54,733 bases of DNA from Solirubrobacterales bacterium (GTDB lineage Bacteria > Actinomycetota > Thermoleophilia > Solirubrobacterales > 70-9), in the NCBI GenBank assembly GCA_038258095.1, contig JBBSQE010000001.1, positions 1-54,733 of the forward strand, read 5' to 3'. The notes below the pieces were generated by a model that saw only the letters and a list, made by a program, of their open reading frames with translations, had not been told where the DNA came from and made no database searches. Each line of letters opens with the position of its first letter. The stretch's first letter is position 1. The translations under genes and the position numbers were made by a program. Positions 42,091 through 51,415 of this stretch are shown here, one piece after another.

Positions 42091-43248
42091 TCAGGTCGTG
42101 TATTCCGCGTTCAGGGTCACATAGTCGTGGGTCAGGTCGGAGAACCAGATCCCGGCCTCGGCCTCGCCGCGGCGCAGCGTCAGCGTCAGCTCCACCTCAC
42201 GCTCCGGGCCGCCCAGCTCCGAGGCCTCTATCTCATCGGGGCCAAGCTCCCCCACATCCTCGCCCGCGAGCGCCATCCCCGCCGCCTGGGCGATGCGCCC
42301 CCAGTTCGGGTCACGGCCGAGAAGGGCGGTCTTCACGAGGGGGGAGTTGGCGATCGCGCGTGCCACGCGGTCAGCCTCGACCTCGGTCGCGGCTCCGACG
42401 ACCCGCGCGAGGCCAACACGGGATGCGCCCTCGCCGTCGGCGACGATCTCAATCGCCAGCTGGCGCAGAATCGCGTCGAGGAGGCCGGCCGGAAGCGGAG
42501 CTCCCGACATCCCGCTCCCCTGGATCACGACGGCGTCGTTGGTGCTCATCTGCCCGTCCACCGTGATGCGCTCGAATGAGCCGCCAACCGCGCTGCGCAG
42601 ATCGGCGTCCGCGTCGTCGAGGACGGCGTCGGTCTGGATGAAGCAGAGCATCGTCGCGAACCCGGGTTCGATCATCCCCGCACCCTTCGCCTGCGCCGAC
42701 ACCGTGACGCCGTCAAGCTCGGCGGTGACGTACTTCGGCCACTGATCCGTGGTGGAGATCGCCTCGGTGAACGCAGTCGCCCCCTCGGCGGAAAGGGCTC
42801 CCGCGACCTCGGCGATGCCGCCGGAGACGCTCTCGATATCGAGTGGCACACCGATGACTCCGGTCTCCGCGACGGCCACGGTTCCCGCTTCGAAACCGAG
42901 GGCCTCCGCCGCCTCGCTTCGCATCCGCAGGGCATCCGCCATTCCCTGCTGGCCGGTCGAGGCGTTGGCGTTGCCGGAGTTGACGATGATGGCGCGGATT
43001 CGATCGGCGACGGTGTGGTCGCGGCAGACCCGGATCGGCGCGGCCGCCGCCGCATTTCGGGTCAGGAGCATCGCGGACGCCACATCCTCGGCATCGCAGG
43101 TGACGAGGCCGAGGTCGGTCCCGCCGCCGGCCTTCAGTCCGCACGGAGTCCCGGCGGCCCGGAATCCCGGGGCCAGGGCCGACGGCGAGAGTTCGTCGGT
43201 CCCTGGGGGCGAGTCCACCCAGCGCGAGGAGAAGAAGGACTCGCTCAC
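42091..43248 (-). CDS. argJ: Bifunctional ornithine acetyltransferase / N-acetylglutamate synthase
   Basis: ORF trimmed to the GTG at 43246-43248 (GTGA overlap with the argC stop). Autoprocessing site region GAGMIEPGFATMLCFIQTDA. Ends NAEYTT, as is typical for ArgJ. Confidence 0.9.
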   Translation of the reverse strand: MSESFFSSRWVDSPPGTDELSPSALAPGFRAAGTPCGLKAGGGTDLGLVTCDAEDVASAMLLTRNAAAAAPIRVCRDHTVADRIRAIIVNSGNANASTGQQGMADALRMRSEAAEALGFEAGTVAVAETGVIGVPLDIESVSGGIAEVAGALSAEGATAFTEAISTTDQWPKYVTAELDGVTVSAQAKGAGMIEPGFATMLCFIQTDAVLDDADADLRSAVGGSFERITVDGQMSTNDAVVIQGSGMSGAPLPAGLLDAILRQLAIEIVADGEGASRVGLARVVGAATEVEADRVARAIANSPLVKTALLGRDPNWGRIAQAAGMALAGEDVGELGPDEIEASELGGPEREVELTLTLRRGEAEAGIWFSDLTHDYVTLNAEYTT

Positions 43249-44246
43249 AGGAGCCCCTCCGTCTCGTCGAGGCCGAGCATCAGGTTGAGGTTCTGGACGG
43301 CCTGGCCGGCAGCTCCCTTCCAGAGGTTGTCGATCGCGGCGAAGACGAGCAGACGGTCCTCGCGGACGTGGGCGAAGACCCTGCACATGTTCGTGTCGCG
43401 GACGTCGCGCACGCCAGGCGGGGCGTCGACCAGCTCGACGAAGGGCTCGTCCGCGTATCGATCTTCGTAGAGCGCGTCGACGTCCGCCTGCGAGACCTCG
43501 CGAATCGGCCGCACGTAACAGCTCACGAGCTCGCCCTGGTCGAGCGGGACCAGGTGGGGGACGAAGGTGACGGGGTGGCCGACCTCCTGCGCGATCTCCG
43601 GCTGGTGGCGGTGGCCCTCGACCTTGTAGGCCGAGGTGTTTTCGTCGAGAGCGACGAAGCCCTGAGCGTCCCCCGCACGCCCAGCACCCGAGACGCCGGA
43701 CTTGGCGTCGATGACGACGTCGTCGATCAGGCGGGCATCGGCCAGTGGCTTGAGTGCGAGGATCGCAGCCGTGGGGTAACAGCCGGGATTGGCCACCAGT
43801 TCGGCCCCACGGATCCGGTCGCGGTGAACCTCCGGCAGGCCGTAGACGGCTCCCTCGAGCAGCTCCGGCGCGCCGTGCTCTCCGTACCAGCGCTCATGGG
43901 TCGGGATGTCGACGAGCCGGAAGTCGGCGGAGAGGTCGACGACCAGGGCGCCGAGACCTCTCAACTCAGCCACGACCGGCGCCGCCGCGCCGTGCGGATA
44001 GGCGACGAGGGCAGCATCGACATCGTCGGCCTCGGCGAGGTCGAGCTCGGTCAGCTCGATCGGCACCCGGTAGCGCGGATGCAGGCGGTCGAGGCGGGTC
44101 CCGGCGTCCGAGCGCGACGTCGCCGCGACCAGCTCCAAGCGGGGGTGGCGCCAGACGAGCTGCGCGGCGAGCGCGCCGGCGAAGCCGGATGCCCCAGCGA
44201 CCAGGACCTTCGCGGTCGGCTCTCCTTTCAGGGTCTGCTCATTCAC
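43245..44246 (-). CDS. argC: N-acetyl-gamma-glutamyl-phosphate reductase
   Basis: VAGASGFAG Rossmann motif and catalytic Cys block VANPGCYPTA. The GTG start overlaps the pheT stop by 8 nt. Confidence 0.92.
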   Translation of the reverse strand: MNEQTLKGEPTAKVLVAGASGFAGALAAQLVWRHPRLELVAATSRSDAGTRLDRLHPRYRVPIELTELDLAEADDVDAALVAYPHGAAAPVVAELRGLGALVVDLSADFRLVDIPTHERWYGEHGAPELLEGAVYGLPEVHRDRIRGAELVANPGCYPTAAILALKPLADARLIDDVVIDAKSGVSGAGRAGDAQGFVALDENTSAYKVEGHRHQPEIAQEVGHPVTFVPHLVPLDQGELVSCYVRPIREVSQADVDALYEDRYADEPFVELVDAPPGVRDVRDTNMCRVFAHVREDRLLVFAAIDNLWKGAAGQAVQNLNLMLGLDETEGLL

Positions 44247-46707
44247 GGAGGGCCCCGCCGATCGATCCGAGCTCGGCGCTGATCTTCTCGCGCAGGCCCG
44301 AGACCTCCTCGTCGGTCAACGTGCGGTCCGGCGCCCGGAACTCGAGGCGGAGCGCGACCGACTTGCGGCCCTCACCGAGTTGCTCGCCGCGATAGAGATC
44401 GAAGACGGCGGCGTCGCGGAGCAGGTCTCCCCCACCCGCGCGGACCGCGACACGGACCTGCTCGGCGGTGACATCGTCGTCGACGACGATGGCGAGATCC
44501 TGCTGCAGCGCCGGGAAGGTGGTGACGTCCTCGTAGTCCTCGTCCGTCACCGTCGAAGCCGCGACGAGCTGGCCGAGTCGGATCTCGAAGCCGGCCGCGC
44601 CGTCGAGGTTGTATTCGCGGCAGACCAGCGGGTGGATCTCTCCGATCCAACCGGCATCCTGGCCCGCGACCAGAACCCGCGCCGACCGTCCGGGGTGGAG
44701 GAACGGCTCGGAGCCGGCCTCCGTCGCGACCTCTACGCCGAGCCCGTCTCCCAGCGCCTCGACCACCCCCTTGAGGGCGAAGAAGTCGGCTGGCTGTGAA
44801 TCGCCGCGCCAAGAGGCCGGGGCGATCGGCCCGAGCGCGAGCGCCCCGAGGTGGTGCGGCTCGAGGTTAGGTGGCGGAATGTGGCCTGGGAACGACCCGC
44901 CGAGGGCCCCCGCCCCCGGCTCGCCTTCACGCAGATACACCCGTCCGGACTCGAACAGGGCGACCCGCCCCGCCCCGCGGGCGACGTTTCGCCGGCCGGC
45001 GTCGAGCAGGGATCCGAGCAGCGTCGTGCGGAGGATCTCGCCCTCCTCGGAGAGCGGATTAGAGACGCGAATCGCCGCTGCGGCCTGATCCGCGATCCGC
45101 AGCCGGTCGAAGAGCCCGGCATCGGTGAAGCTCCATCCGACGATCTCGTCGAAGCCGAGGTCGCGGACGAGGTCCTCTGCCCGTCTGCGCAGGCGCTGAT
45201 CACGGGACAACCCGCCGACCTGGCCGGCCGTGTTCGGAAGCGTCGCCGGGAGATGTTTCTCGAGCCCGTGGACGCGGGCGACCTCCTCGATCAGGTCGGC
45301 TTCCCGGGTCACGTCGTAGTGGCGGTCGGGCGGCGTCGTCGCGGTGAGGGTCCCATCGCCGGCCTTGACCTCGAAGCCGAGACGCTCCAGGTATTCCACC
45401 TGGGCTCCCTGGTCGATCGAGATCCCGAGCAGCCCCTCCAGGCGCTCCTCGCGCAGCTCGATCTCCAGCGGCTCCGGAGGCTCGACAGCCTCGTCGATCG
45501 TCCCGGGAACGAGGCTGGCTCCGCACAGCTCGACCAGGAGCCGCGATGCAATCCTCTGGGCGCGCATCGTCAGGTCCGGGTGGAGCTGCTTCTCGAAGCG
45601 GCCGGAGGCCTCGGATCGCAGGCTCAGGTTGCGCGAAGTCCGCAGGATGTTCGGTCCGTTCCACGTCGCGACCTCGAGCAGGACGCTGGTCGTGGCGTCG
45701 GAGACCTCCGATACCTGCCCGCCCATGACGCCGGCGATGCCCGATGGGCCATTGCGGTCGCAGACGAGAACCGTGTCGGTGTCGAAGGTCCGCTCGATGT
45801 CGTCTAGGGTCGTCATCTTCTCGCTCTCCGTGGCCGTTCGGACGATCAGCTCGCCGTCGGGAACCCTGTCGAGGTCGAATGCGTGAAGCGGCTGGGCGGT
45901 CAGCAGCATCACGTAGTTGGTGATGTCGACGACGTTGTTGATCGGCCTCTGCCCGGCCGTCATCAGGCGCGCCTTCAGCCACGGCGGCGAGGGCCCGATC
46001 GTCACCTCGGTGAAGACACGGGCCGTGAAACGCGGGCACAGATCCGGTACCTGCACGTCCACCGAGGCGTAGTCGCTGGCGTCGCCATCGCCGTCGGCCC
46101 GCGCGTCCTCGGCCCACGGATCGGGCCCGAGCGGCGCTCCGGTGATCGCGTGAACCTCGCGGGCGACCCCGTGGACGCCGAGGCAATCGACCCGGTTCGA
46201 GGTGATCTCGAGCTCGAGCACCGGCTCGGCGAGAGGAAGAACCGCCGAGAGCGGCTGCCCGGCTGTCAGCACCGAATCATCGCCCTCGGCGAGCACGAGA
46301 ATCCCGTCGGAGTCCTCGCCTATCCCGAGCTCGGTCTCCGAGAGGATCATCCCGTTCGACCCGACGCCACGCAGCTTCGTCTTCTTGATCTTCATCCCAC
46401 CGGGCATCCGGGCGCCCGGCTTAACGACGGGGACGATCTGCCCGGCGGCAACATTCGGGGCGCCGCAGACGATCGTCCTCGCGCCCTCGGCGTCGCCCGT
46501 GTCGACCGTGCAGACGCGCAGACGGTCGGCGTCCGGGTGCGGCTCGACGGAGCGCACCTTCCCGACCACGAACCCCGTGGCGCTCAGGGGACCGGTCGTC
46601 GTCACGCGCTCGACCTCGGTGCCGGTCATCGCCAGGCGCACGGCCAACTTCTCGGCCGGGATGCCAGGATCGCAGTACTCGCTCAGCCATGAGTAGGGGA
46701 CCCTCAC
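44239..46707 (-). CDS. pheT: Phenylalanine--tRNA ligase beta subunit
   Basis: 822 aa. N-terminal tRNA-binding OB domain (GKVRSVEPHPDADRLRVCTVDTG), then B3/4, B5 and FDX-ACB order. ATGA overlap with pheS. Confidence 0.95.
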   Translation of the reverse strand: MRVPYSWLSEYCDPGIPAEKLAVRLAMTGTEVERVTTTGPLSATGFVVGKVRSVEPHPDADRLRVCTVDTGDAEGARTIVCGAPNVAAGQIVPVVKPGARMPGGMKIKKTKLRGVGSNGMILSETELGIGEDSDGILVLAEGDDSVLTAGQPLSAVLPLAEPVLELEITSNRVDCLGVHGVAREVHAITGAPLGPDPWAEDARADGDGDASDYASVDVQVPDLCPRFTARVFTEVTIGPSPPWLKARLMTAGQRPINNVVDITNYVMLLTAQPLHAFDLDRVPDGELIVRTATESEKMTTLDDIERTFDTDTVLVCDRNGPSGIAGVMGGQVSEVSDATTSVLLEVATWNGPNILRTSRNLSLRSEASGRFEKQLHPDLTMRAQRIASRLLVELCGASLVPGTIDEAVEPPEPLEIELREERLEGLLGISIDQGAQVEYLERLGFEVKAGDGTLTATTPPDRHYDVTREADLIEEVARVHGLEKHLPATLPNTAGQVGGLSRDQRLRRRAEDLVRDLGFDEIVGWSFTDAGLFDRLRIADQAAAAIRVSNPLSEEGEILRTTLLGSLLDAGRRNVARGAGRVALFESGRVYLREGEPGAGALGGSFPGHIPPPNLEPHHLGALALGPIAPASWRGDSQPADFFALKGVVEALGDGLGVEVATEAGSEPFLHPGRSARVLVAGQDAGWIGEIHPLVCREYNLDGAAGFEIRLGQLVAASTVTDEDYEDVTTFPALQQDLAIVVDDDVTAEQVRVAVRAGGGDLLRDAAVFDLYRGEQLGEGRKSVALRLEFRAPDRTLTDEEVSGLREKISAELGSIGGALRE

Positions 46708-47798
46708 CGGAACTGCTCCAGCATCCTCACATCGTTGTCGAAGAACCGGCGCAGGTCGGGGACCCCGTGGCGAAGCATCGCGATCCGCTCGACGCCCATG
46801 CCGAAGGCGAAGCCCTGGACGCGCTCCGGGTCGTAGCCGTTGTCGGCAACGAAGCCGAGGACGTTCGGGTCGACCATCCCCGCGCCCCCCACCTCGATCC
46901 AGCCGCTGCCCTTGCAGAGGTTGCAGCTGTCCCCACCCTCCAGCTCACCCGTGCCGGCGCACTGGAAGCAGGACACGTCAAACTCGACGCTCGGCTCGGT
47001 GAACGGGAAGAAGTGCGGCCGCATCCGTACGCCGCCCTCTGCCCCGAAGATCGCCCGCAACATCTCCAGCAGCGTGCCCTGGAGGTCGGCGAGCGTGATC
47101 CCCTCACCGACCGCGAGGCCCTCGACTTGGTTGAACATCGGGCTGTGGGTGGCGTCGGAGTCGCGCCGGTAGACCTTGCCGGGGACGATGATGAAGATCG
47201 GCGGCGACTGGGCCTCCATCGAGCGGACCTGCATCGGGGAGGTCTGGGTCCTCAAGACGATGTCCTCATTTCCGAGGTCGACCGCCGACGCGATGCTTGT
47301 GGGATCGACATAGAAGGTGTCCTGGACCATCCGTGCGGGATGGCCCGGGGGATGGTTCAGCGCCGTGAAGTTGTAGTAATCGTGCTCGACCTCGGGGCCC
47401 TCGACGACCCGGTAGCCGAGCCCGACCATGAGGTCCTCGATCTGGCGGATCGTGCGCGTGATCAGGTGGAGGTGGCCGACCTCCCGAACGGGAGATCCCG
47501 GCAGCGTCACGTCAACGGTGTCCTCGACGAGCTTCGCCTCGAGCTCGGAAGCGTCGAGTTCGGCCGCCCGGGCATCGAGGAGGGCCTCGAGAACCTGTCG
47601 CGCACGGTTGGCACCCCCTCCCACCGGGCCCCGCTCTGCGGGGGGCAGGTCGCCGATTCCTCGCAGGATCCCGGTCAGCTCCGACTTGCGCCCGAGGAAC
47701 CGGACCCGGATCTCTTCCAGCTCGGACGTCGTCGAAGCCGCGCCGAGCGCCGCCTCGGCCTCGGCCTCCAACTCCTCTATGCGGTCGACGGCACTCAC
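46704..47798 (-). CDS. pheS: Phenylalanine--tRNA ligase alpha subunit
   Basis: Class II aaRS motifs, including HFFPFTEPSVEFDV and GAGMVDPNV. Confidence 0.95.
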   Translation of the reverse strand: MSAVDRIEELEAEAEAALGAASTTSELEEIRVRFLGRKSELTGILRGIGDLPPAERGPVGGGANRARQVLEALLDARAAELDASELEAKLVEDTVDVTLPGSPVREVGHLHLITRTIRQIEDLMVGLGYRVVEGPEVEHDYYNFTALNHPPGHPARMVQDTFYVDPTSIASAVDLGNEDIVLRTQTSPMQVRSMEAQSPPIFIIVPGKVYRRDSDATHSPMFNQVEGLAVGEGITLADLQGTLLEMLRAIFGAEGGVRMRPHFFPFTEPSVEFDVSCFQCAGTGELEGGDSCNLCKGSGWIEVGGAGMVDPNVLGFVADNGYDPERVQGFAFGMGVERIAMLRHGVPDLRRFFDNDVRMLEQFR

Positions 47799-48535
47799 GC
47801 TCTGTCACTCCCTGAACTCGCGGCCATTCGGGCGAGCGACGATATCCGCTCGCAGGCGATCGCCGCCGCCGCGGCTACGTTGAGCGACTCAGCGGCACCG
47901 CCGCGGAGGGGAATCGTGACCTTGTGCGCACATGCCGACAACACCTCCTGGGGCAGGCCGCCGCGCTCGGCGCCGAGGCAGAGGGTCATCTCCGCCCCAG
48001 CCTCGGCGAGGCTCTCAAGGCCGTCTCCCCCGTGCGCGCTCAGCGCGATCCGCGGCTCGGGTGTCGCGGCGACCTCAGCACGCGAGAGGCGCTTCGAGAA
48101 CACCGATCCCATGCTCGCCCTCACGGCCTTCGGCGAATGCGCGTCGGCGCACTCCGGCCCGAGAACCACCGTGCCATCGACCAACGCGTCGGCGGTCCGG
48201 ATGATCGTTCCGACGTTGCCCGGGTCGCCGATGCCGTGCAGATACAGGCAGACCGGGCCGGCCGGATCGCTCAGGCGTTGAGGCCAGACACCGATCGCCC
48301 GGGTGCCCGAGCCCAGAGCTGAAACGGCGTCGAGCAGCTCCGGGTCGACCTCCTCGCCGTCGAGCCCCGCCCCGGCCGCGGTGAGGATGAAGCGGGGCTC
48401 GACCCCCGCGCGCAGCCCCGCGTCAATCAGGTCCTCGCCCTCGGTCACGAACAGGCCCTCGCGGTCGCGGTGCTTTCGCTCGCGCAGCTTGCGGACCAGC
48501 TTCAGCTTCTCGTTATCGGGGCTCGTGATCATCAT
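47795..48535 (-). CDS. TrmH/SpoU-family RNA 2'-O-methyltransferase
   Basis: SpoU motifs LHGIGDPGNVGTIIRTA, LCLGAERGGL and ESLNVAAAAAI. The track start (TTG at 48556) lies inside the terminator T-tract, so the ATG-ATG at 48535/48532 is preferred. Confidence 0.85.
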   Translation of the reverse strand: MMITSPDNEKLKLVRKLRERKHRDREGLFVTEGEDLIDAGLRAGVEPRFILTAAGAGLDGEEVDPELLDAVSALGSGTRAIGVWPQRLSDPAGPVCLYLHGIGDPGNVGTIIRTADALVDGTVVLGPECADAHSPKAVRASMGSVFSKRLSRAEVAATPEPRIALSAHGGDGLESLAEAGAEMTLCLGAERGGLPQEVLSACAHKVTIPLRGGAAESLNVAAAAAIACERISSLARMAASSGSDRA

Positions 48536-48550
48536 CTTTTTCTGGTCGAG

Positions 48551-48584
48551 AAACAAAAAGGGCGGACCTTCTAAAGGCCCGCCC
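48551..48584 (-). terminator. Rho-independent terminator after rplT
   Basis: Minus-strand RNA GGGCGGGCC-UUUAGAA-GGUCCGCCC (9-bp stem with one G-U pair) followed by UUUUUGUUU. It starts 25 nt after the rplT stop. Confidence 0.8.
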
Positions 48585-48609
48585 GGAAGATCCGCTCTCG
48601 TGAATGTGG

Positions 48610-48969
48610 CTAGGCGGCCACGCTCTCCCGGGAAAGCTCCACAAATCGGCGGAACGCATCGCGGTCATTGACGGCGATGTCGGCGAGCATCTTGCGGTTG
48701 ACCTCGACCCCGGCCAGCTTGAGGCCATGGATCAGGTCCGAGTAACTCGAGCCCTCGAGGCGTGCGGCGGCGTTGATACGCGTGATCCAGAGGCGCCTGA
48801 AATCGCGCTTGCGGTTGCGGCGGTCCCGGTATGCGTACATCCCGGAGCGCTGCACCTGCTCCTTCGCGAAGCGGTAGGAGGAGTGCTTGCGGCCCCAGTA
48901 CCCCTTGGCCTCCTTGAGGACCTTGCGGCGCTTCTTGCGTGCGTGGACGGAGCGCTTGACGCGGGCCAT
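48610..48969 (-). CDS. rplT: 50S ribosomal protein L20
   Basis: [26 protein letters not shown]... is the canonical L20 N-terminus. 119 aa. Confidence 0.97.
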   Translation of the reverse strand: MARVKRSVHARKKRRKVLKEAKGYWGRKHSSYRFAKEQVQRSGMYAYRDRRNRKRDFRRLWITRINAAARLEGSSYSDLIHGLKLAGVEVNRKMLADIAVNDRDAFRRFVELSRESVAA

Positions 48970-49167
48970 CTACTTGCCCCCGAGCAGCTTGCGGACGCGG
49001 GGGGCGTCCTTGTCGGAGATCTCCACCGGCTTGCGGAAGCTCCGCCTGCGCTTCGGCGACTTCTTCTCGAGAATGTGGCTCGAGTACGCCTTCCGGCCGC
49101 GGAGCTTGCCGGTGGCCGTTTTGCGGAAGCGCTTCTTGGCGCCCGAATGTGTCTTCATCTTCGGCAT
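48970..49167 (-). CDS. rpmI: 50S ribosomal protein L35
   Basis: [22 protein letters not shown]... is canonical L35. 65 aa. The stop directly abuts the rplT ATG. Confidence 0.96.
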   Translation of the reverse strand: MPKMKTHSGAKKRFRKTATGKLRGRKAYSSHILEKKSPKRRRSFRKPVEISDKDAPRVRKLLGGK

Positions 49168-50276
49168 ACGGATCGACTATTGAAGCAGGTCGGGCAACGC
49201 TTCACCCGGCGATCCGCCTGACCCGTTGCAGGAGGCCGGCGGAAACCCGAGATGCCGCCACGGCACCGTGTCCGAGGCGCCCTGACGGGCCGTTCCCGAG
49301 CGCCAAAGAGACCAGGCCGCGATCCGCCGGTCGCGAAGCGCCACTTGTAGGCCTCGTCACCGCTGAGGAATTCAAACGTGCGCATTCCGTCCTCGCAGGC
49401 GGCGCGCATGGCACGAACCAACATCACCGACCCGAGCGAGAGGTTGTCGAAGAGTCGGTCGCGGCCCCCACCGAAGAACCACTCCGAACCGGCATAGCGC
49501 CACCCATACCAAGCCCCGACGGCCTCCCCCTGCTTCTCGGCGAGCCATAGACGCAGCCAGCCTCGCTCCAGCGCCGCGAACGCGAAATCGAGATGAAAGC
49601 GGGCCCGCTCACCCTCGAACACGCCCGTCGTCTCGTTGCCCCATCGGAGCGCATGCAGGCGGAAGAGCGCATGCATGTCATCCTCGATGCGCTCCGGGTC
49701 ATCCGCCAAGCGAAATTCCACGCCGTGGTCTGAGATCAGCTTAGCCTCGGCGCGCCGGAGGTTGCCCCGCATCTTCCGCTTCTTCTCGGCCATGATCTCG
49801 TCCCAGCTCCGTCCGCCGAAGTCGAGCACCGGGCACTGGCCGGAGTTCAGCGTCGTACCGCCGATGGGCGCGGCCCAGTGCTCGTCGGCGGGCATGCGCT
49901 CGGCGTAGAGCATCCGGCAGCTCCCGCGGCCGCGCAGGACCTGCCGCAGCCCGGCGGCGGCGAGCGGCCGGTCTTCGAGTGCGCACAGCGGTGTGTGCAT
50001 ATCCGCGTAGCCGATGAACCGCGCGACGCGGACGGGCCGCCTCGCGGCCACGTAGAGGGGCAGGATCGCTACAACTTCGCCACCCGCGTCACGGCACGTG
50101 TGGAGGTACAGCTCCCGATCCCGGCCGAAGCGCTCCCACCAGAGCGAGTTCCACTCCCAGGTTGCGAACGGGTGGCCGGTCGCCAACGCCAGACGGTCCC
50201 AGTCCTGGCGGATGGACTCCATCGATTGAGGCCGTCCGACGGTCGTGGAGGGCTCAGCGGTCCCCCGCCTGGGCAT
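49155..50276 (-). CDS. GNAT acyltransferase, CelD/BioF2-like (Acetyltransf_6-type)
   Basis: [16 protein letters not shown]..., ILPLYVA... and a C-terminal [15 protein letters not shown] fit the CelD-like family pattern. ATG at 50274-50276 overlaps the upstream stop by 1 nt (alternative ATG at 50222). The last ~45 aa are Arg-rich and the stop lies 13 nt inside rpmI. Confidence 0.6.
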   Translation of the reverse strand: MPRRGTAEPSTTVGRPQSMESIRQDWDRLALATGHPFATWEWNSLWWERFGRDRELYLHTCRDAGGEVVAILPLYVAARRPVRVARFIGYADMHTPLCALEDRPLAAAGLRQVLRGRGSCRMLYAERMPADEHWAAPIGGTTLNSGQCPVLDFGGRSWDEIMAEKKRKMRGNLRRAEAKLISDHGVEFRLADDPERIEDDMHALFRLHALRWGNETTGVFEGERARFHLDFAFAALERGWLRLWLAEKQGEAVGAWYGWRYAGSEWFFGGGRDRLFDNLSLGSVMLVRAMRAACEDGMRTFEFLSGDEAYKWRFATGGSRPGLFGARERPVRAPRTRCRGGISGFRRPPATGQADRRVKRCPTCFNSRSVCRR

Positions 50277-51415
50277 CAGCCCGTTCCCTGCACCGCGCGA
50301 TTTAGGGACTCGGCTACGCGCCTGACCGTCCCGCTGTCGAGCGAAGCATGGATCGGGAGCACCAAGTGGCGCTTCGCGACGTCGGTGGCGACCGGAAGGT
50401 CCTCCTCATCCGCGATCGACGCGTACTCGCTGAGACTGTGGAGCCCCGGGTAGAAGCTCGTCTGGATCCCGTCCGCTTTGAGCGCCTCACGGACTCGGTC
50501 GCGGTGCCCCGGGTCGACGAAGACCGGGAAGGCGAAATGGCTCGATCGGCTGACCTCGTCATCGGAATACGGCACGTCGATTCCATCGAGGCCGACAAGT
50601 GCCTCTCGGTACTCACCGGCGACCGCTCGGCGACGTTCGATGTCCGCGTTCAGTCGCTTGATCCGGCTCAGACCTAGAGCAGCCCTGGGCTCGTCGATCC
50701 GGTAGTTGAAGCCGACGTCGGTGACGTCGTAGCCGAGCCCGTGGCCCTTGTGGCGCTCCCAGGTGACAGAGGACATCGCGTGGCTCCGCAGCGAGCGGGC
50801 GCTGGCAGCGATCTCCGGATCATCGGTCGAGACTGCGCCCCCCTCCCCCACCGCAAGCTGCTTCTTGCTGAATAACGAAAAGCACCCGATGTGCCCGACG
50901 GAGCCGACCGGCGAGCCCTCCGGCGTACGAGCACAGATCGCCTCCGCGCAGTCCTCGATCAGCGTCAGCCCACGTTGGTCACACAAGGCCCGGATCTTCT
51001 CGACCTCGGCCGAGTAGCCCCACATGTGGACTGCGATGACCGCTTTGGTCGCAGGCGTGATGGCGCGCTCGACGGTCTCGGCGCTGAGGTTGGGTGACAT
51101 GACGCTCGCCGAGTCGCAGAAGGTGACCTCGGCACCGGTGTAGCGGACCGCATGGGCAGTCGCGACGAAGGTGTGGGCGGGAACGACGACTTCGTCCCCC
51201 GGGCCCAAGCCAACCGCCCGGCAGGCGAGATGAAGTGCCGCGGTGCCGCTCGAGACCGCGATCGCGTGCTCGGTCCCGGTCACGGCGGTGAGCTCAGACT
51301 CGAAGGTCTGCGTTCTTGGCCCCATCGTCAGCCATCCGGACCTGAGGCAATCGAGAACCGCCTCGACATCGTCGTCGGTCACTTCGATCTCCACCAACTG
51401 CACGTCCCAGGTCAT
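50276..51415 (-). CDS. DegT/DnrJ/EryC1/StrS-family sugar aminotransferase
   Basis: AIAVSSGTAALHL, then the PLP-Lys block FSLFSKKQLAVGEGGAV, then GFNYRIDEPRAALG. 379 aa. Confidence 0.85.
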   Translation of the reverse strand: MTWDVQLVEIEVTDDDVEAVLDCLRSGWLTMGPRTQTFESELTAVTGTEHAIAVSSGTAALHLACRAVGLGPGDEVVVPAHTFVATAHAVRYTGAEVTFCDSASVMSPNLSAETVERAITPATKAVIAVHMWGYSAEVEKIRALCDQRGLTLIEDCAEAICARTPEGSPVGSVGHIGCFSLFSKKQLAVGEGGAVSTDDPEIAASARSLRSHAMSSVTWERHKGHGLGYDVTDVGFNYRIDEPRAALGLSRIKRLNADIERRRAVAGEYREALVGLDGIDVPYSDDEVSRSSHFAFPVFVDPGHRDRVREALKADGIQTSFYPGLHSLSEYASIADEEDLPVATDVAKRHLVLPIHASLDSGTVRRVAESLNRAVQGTG

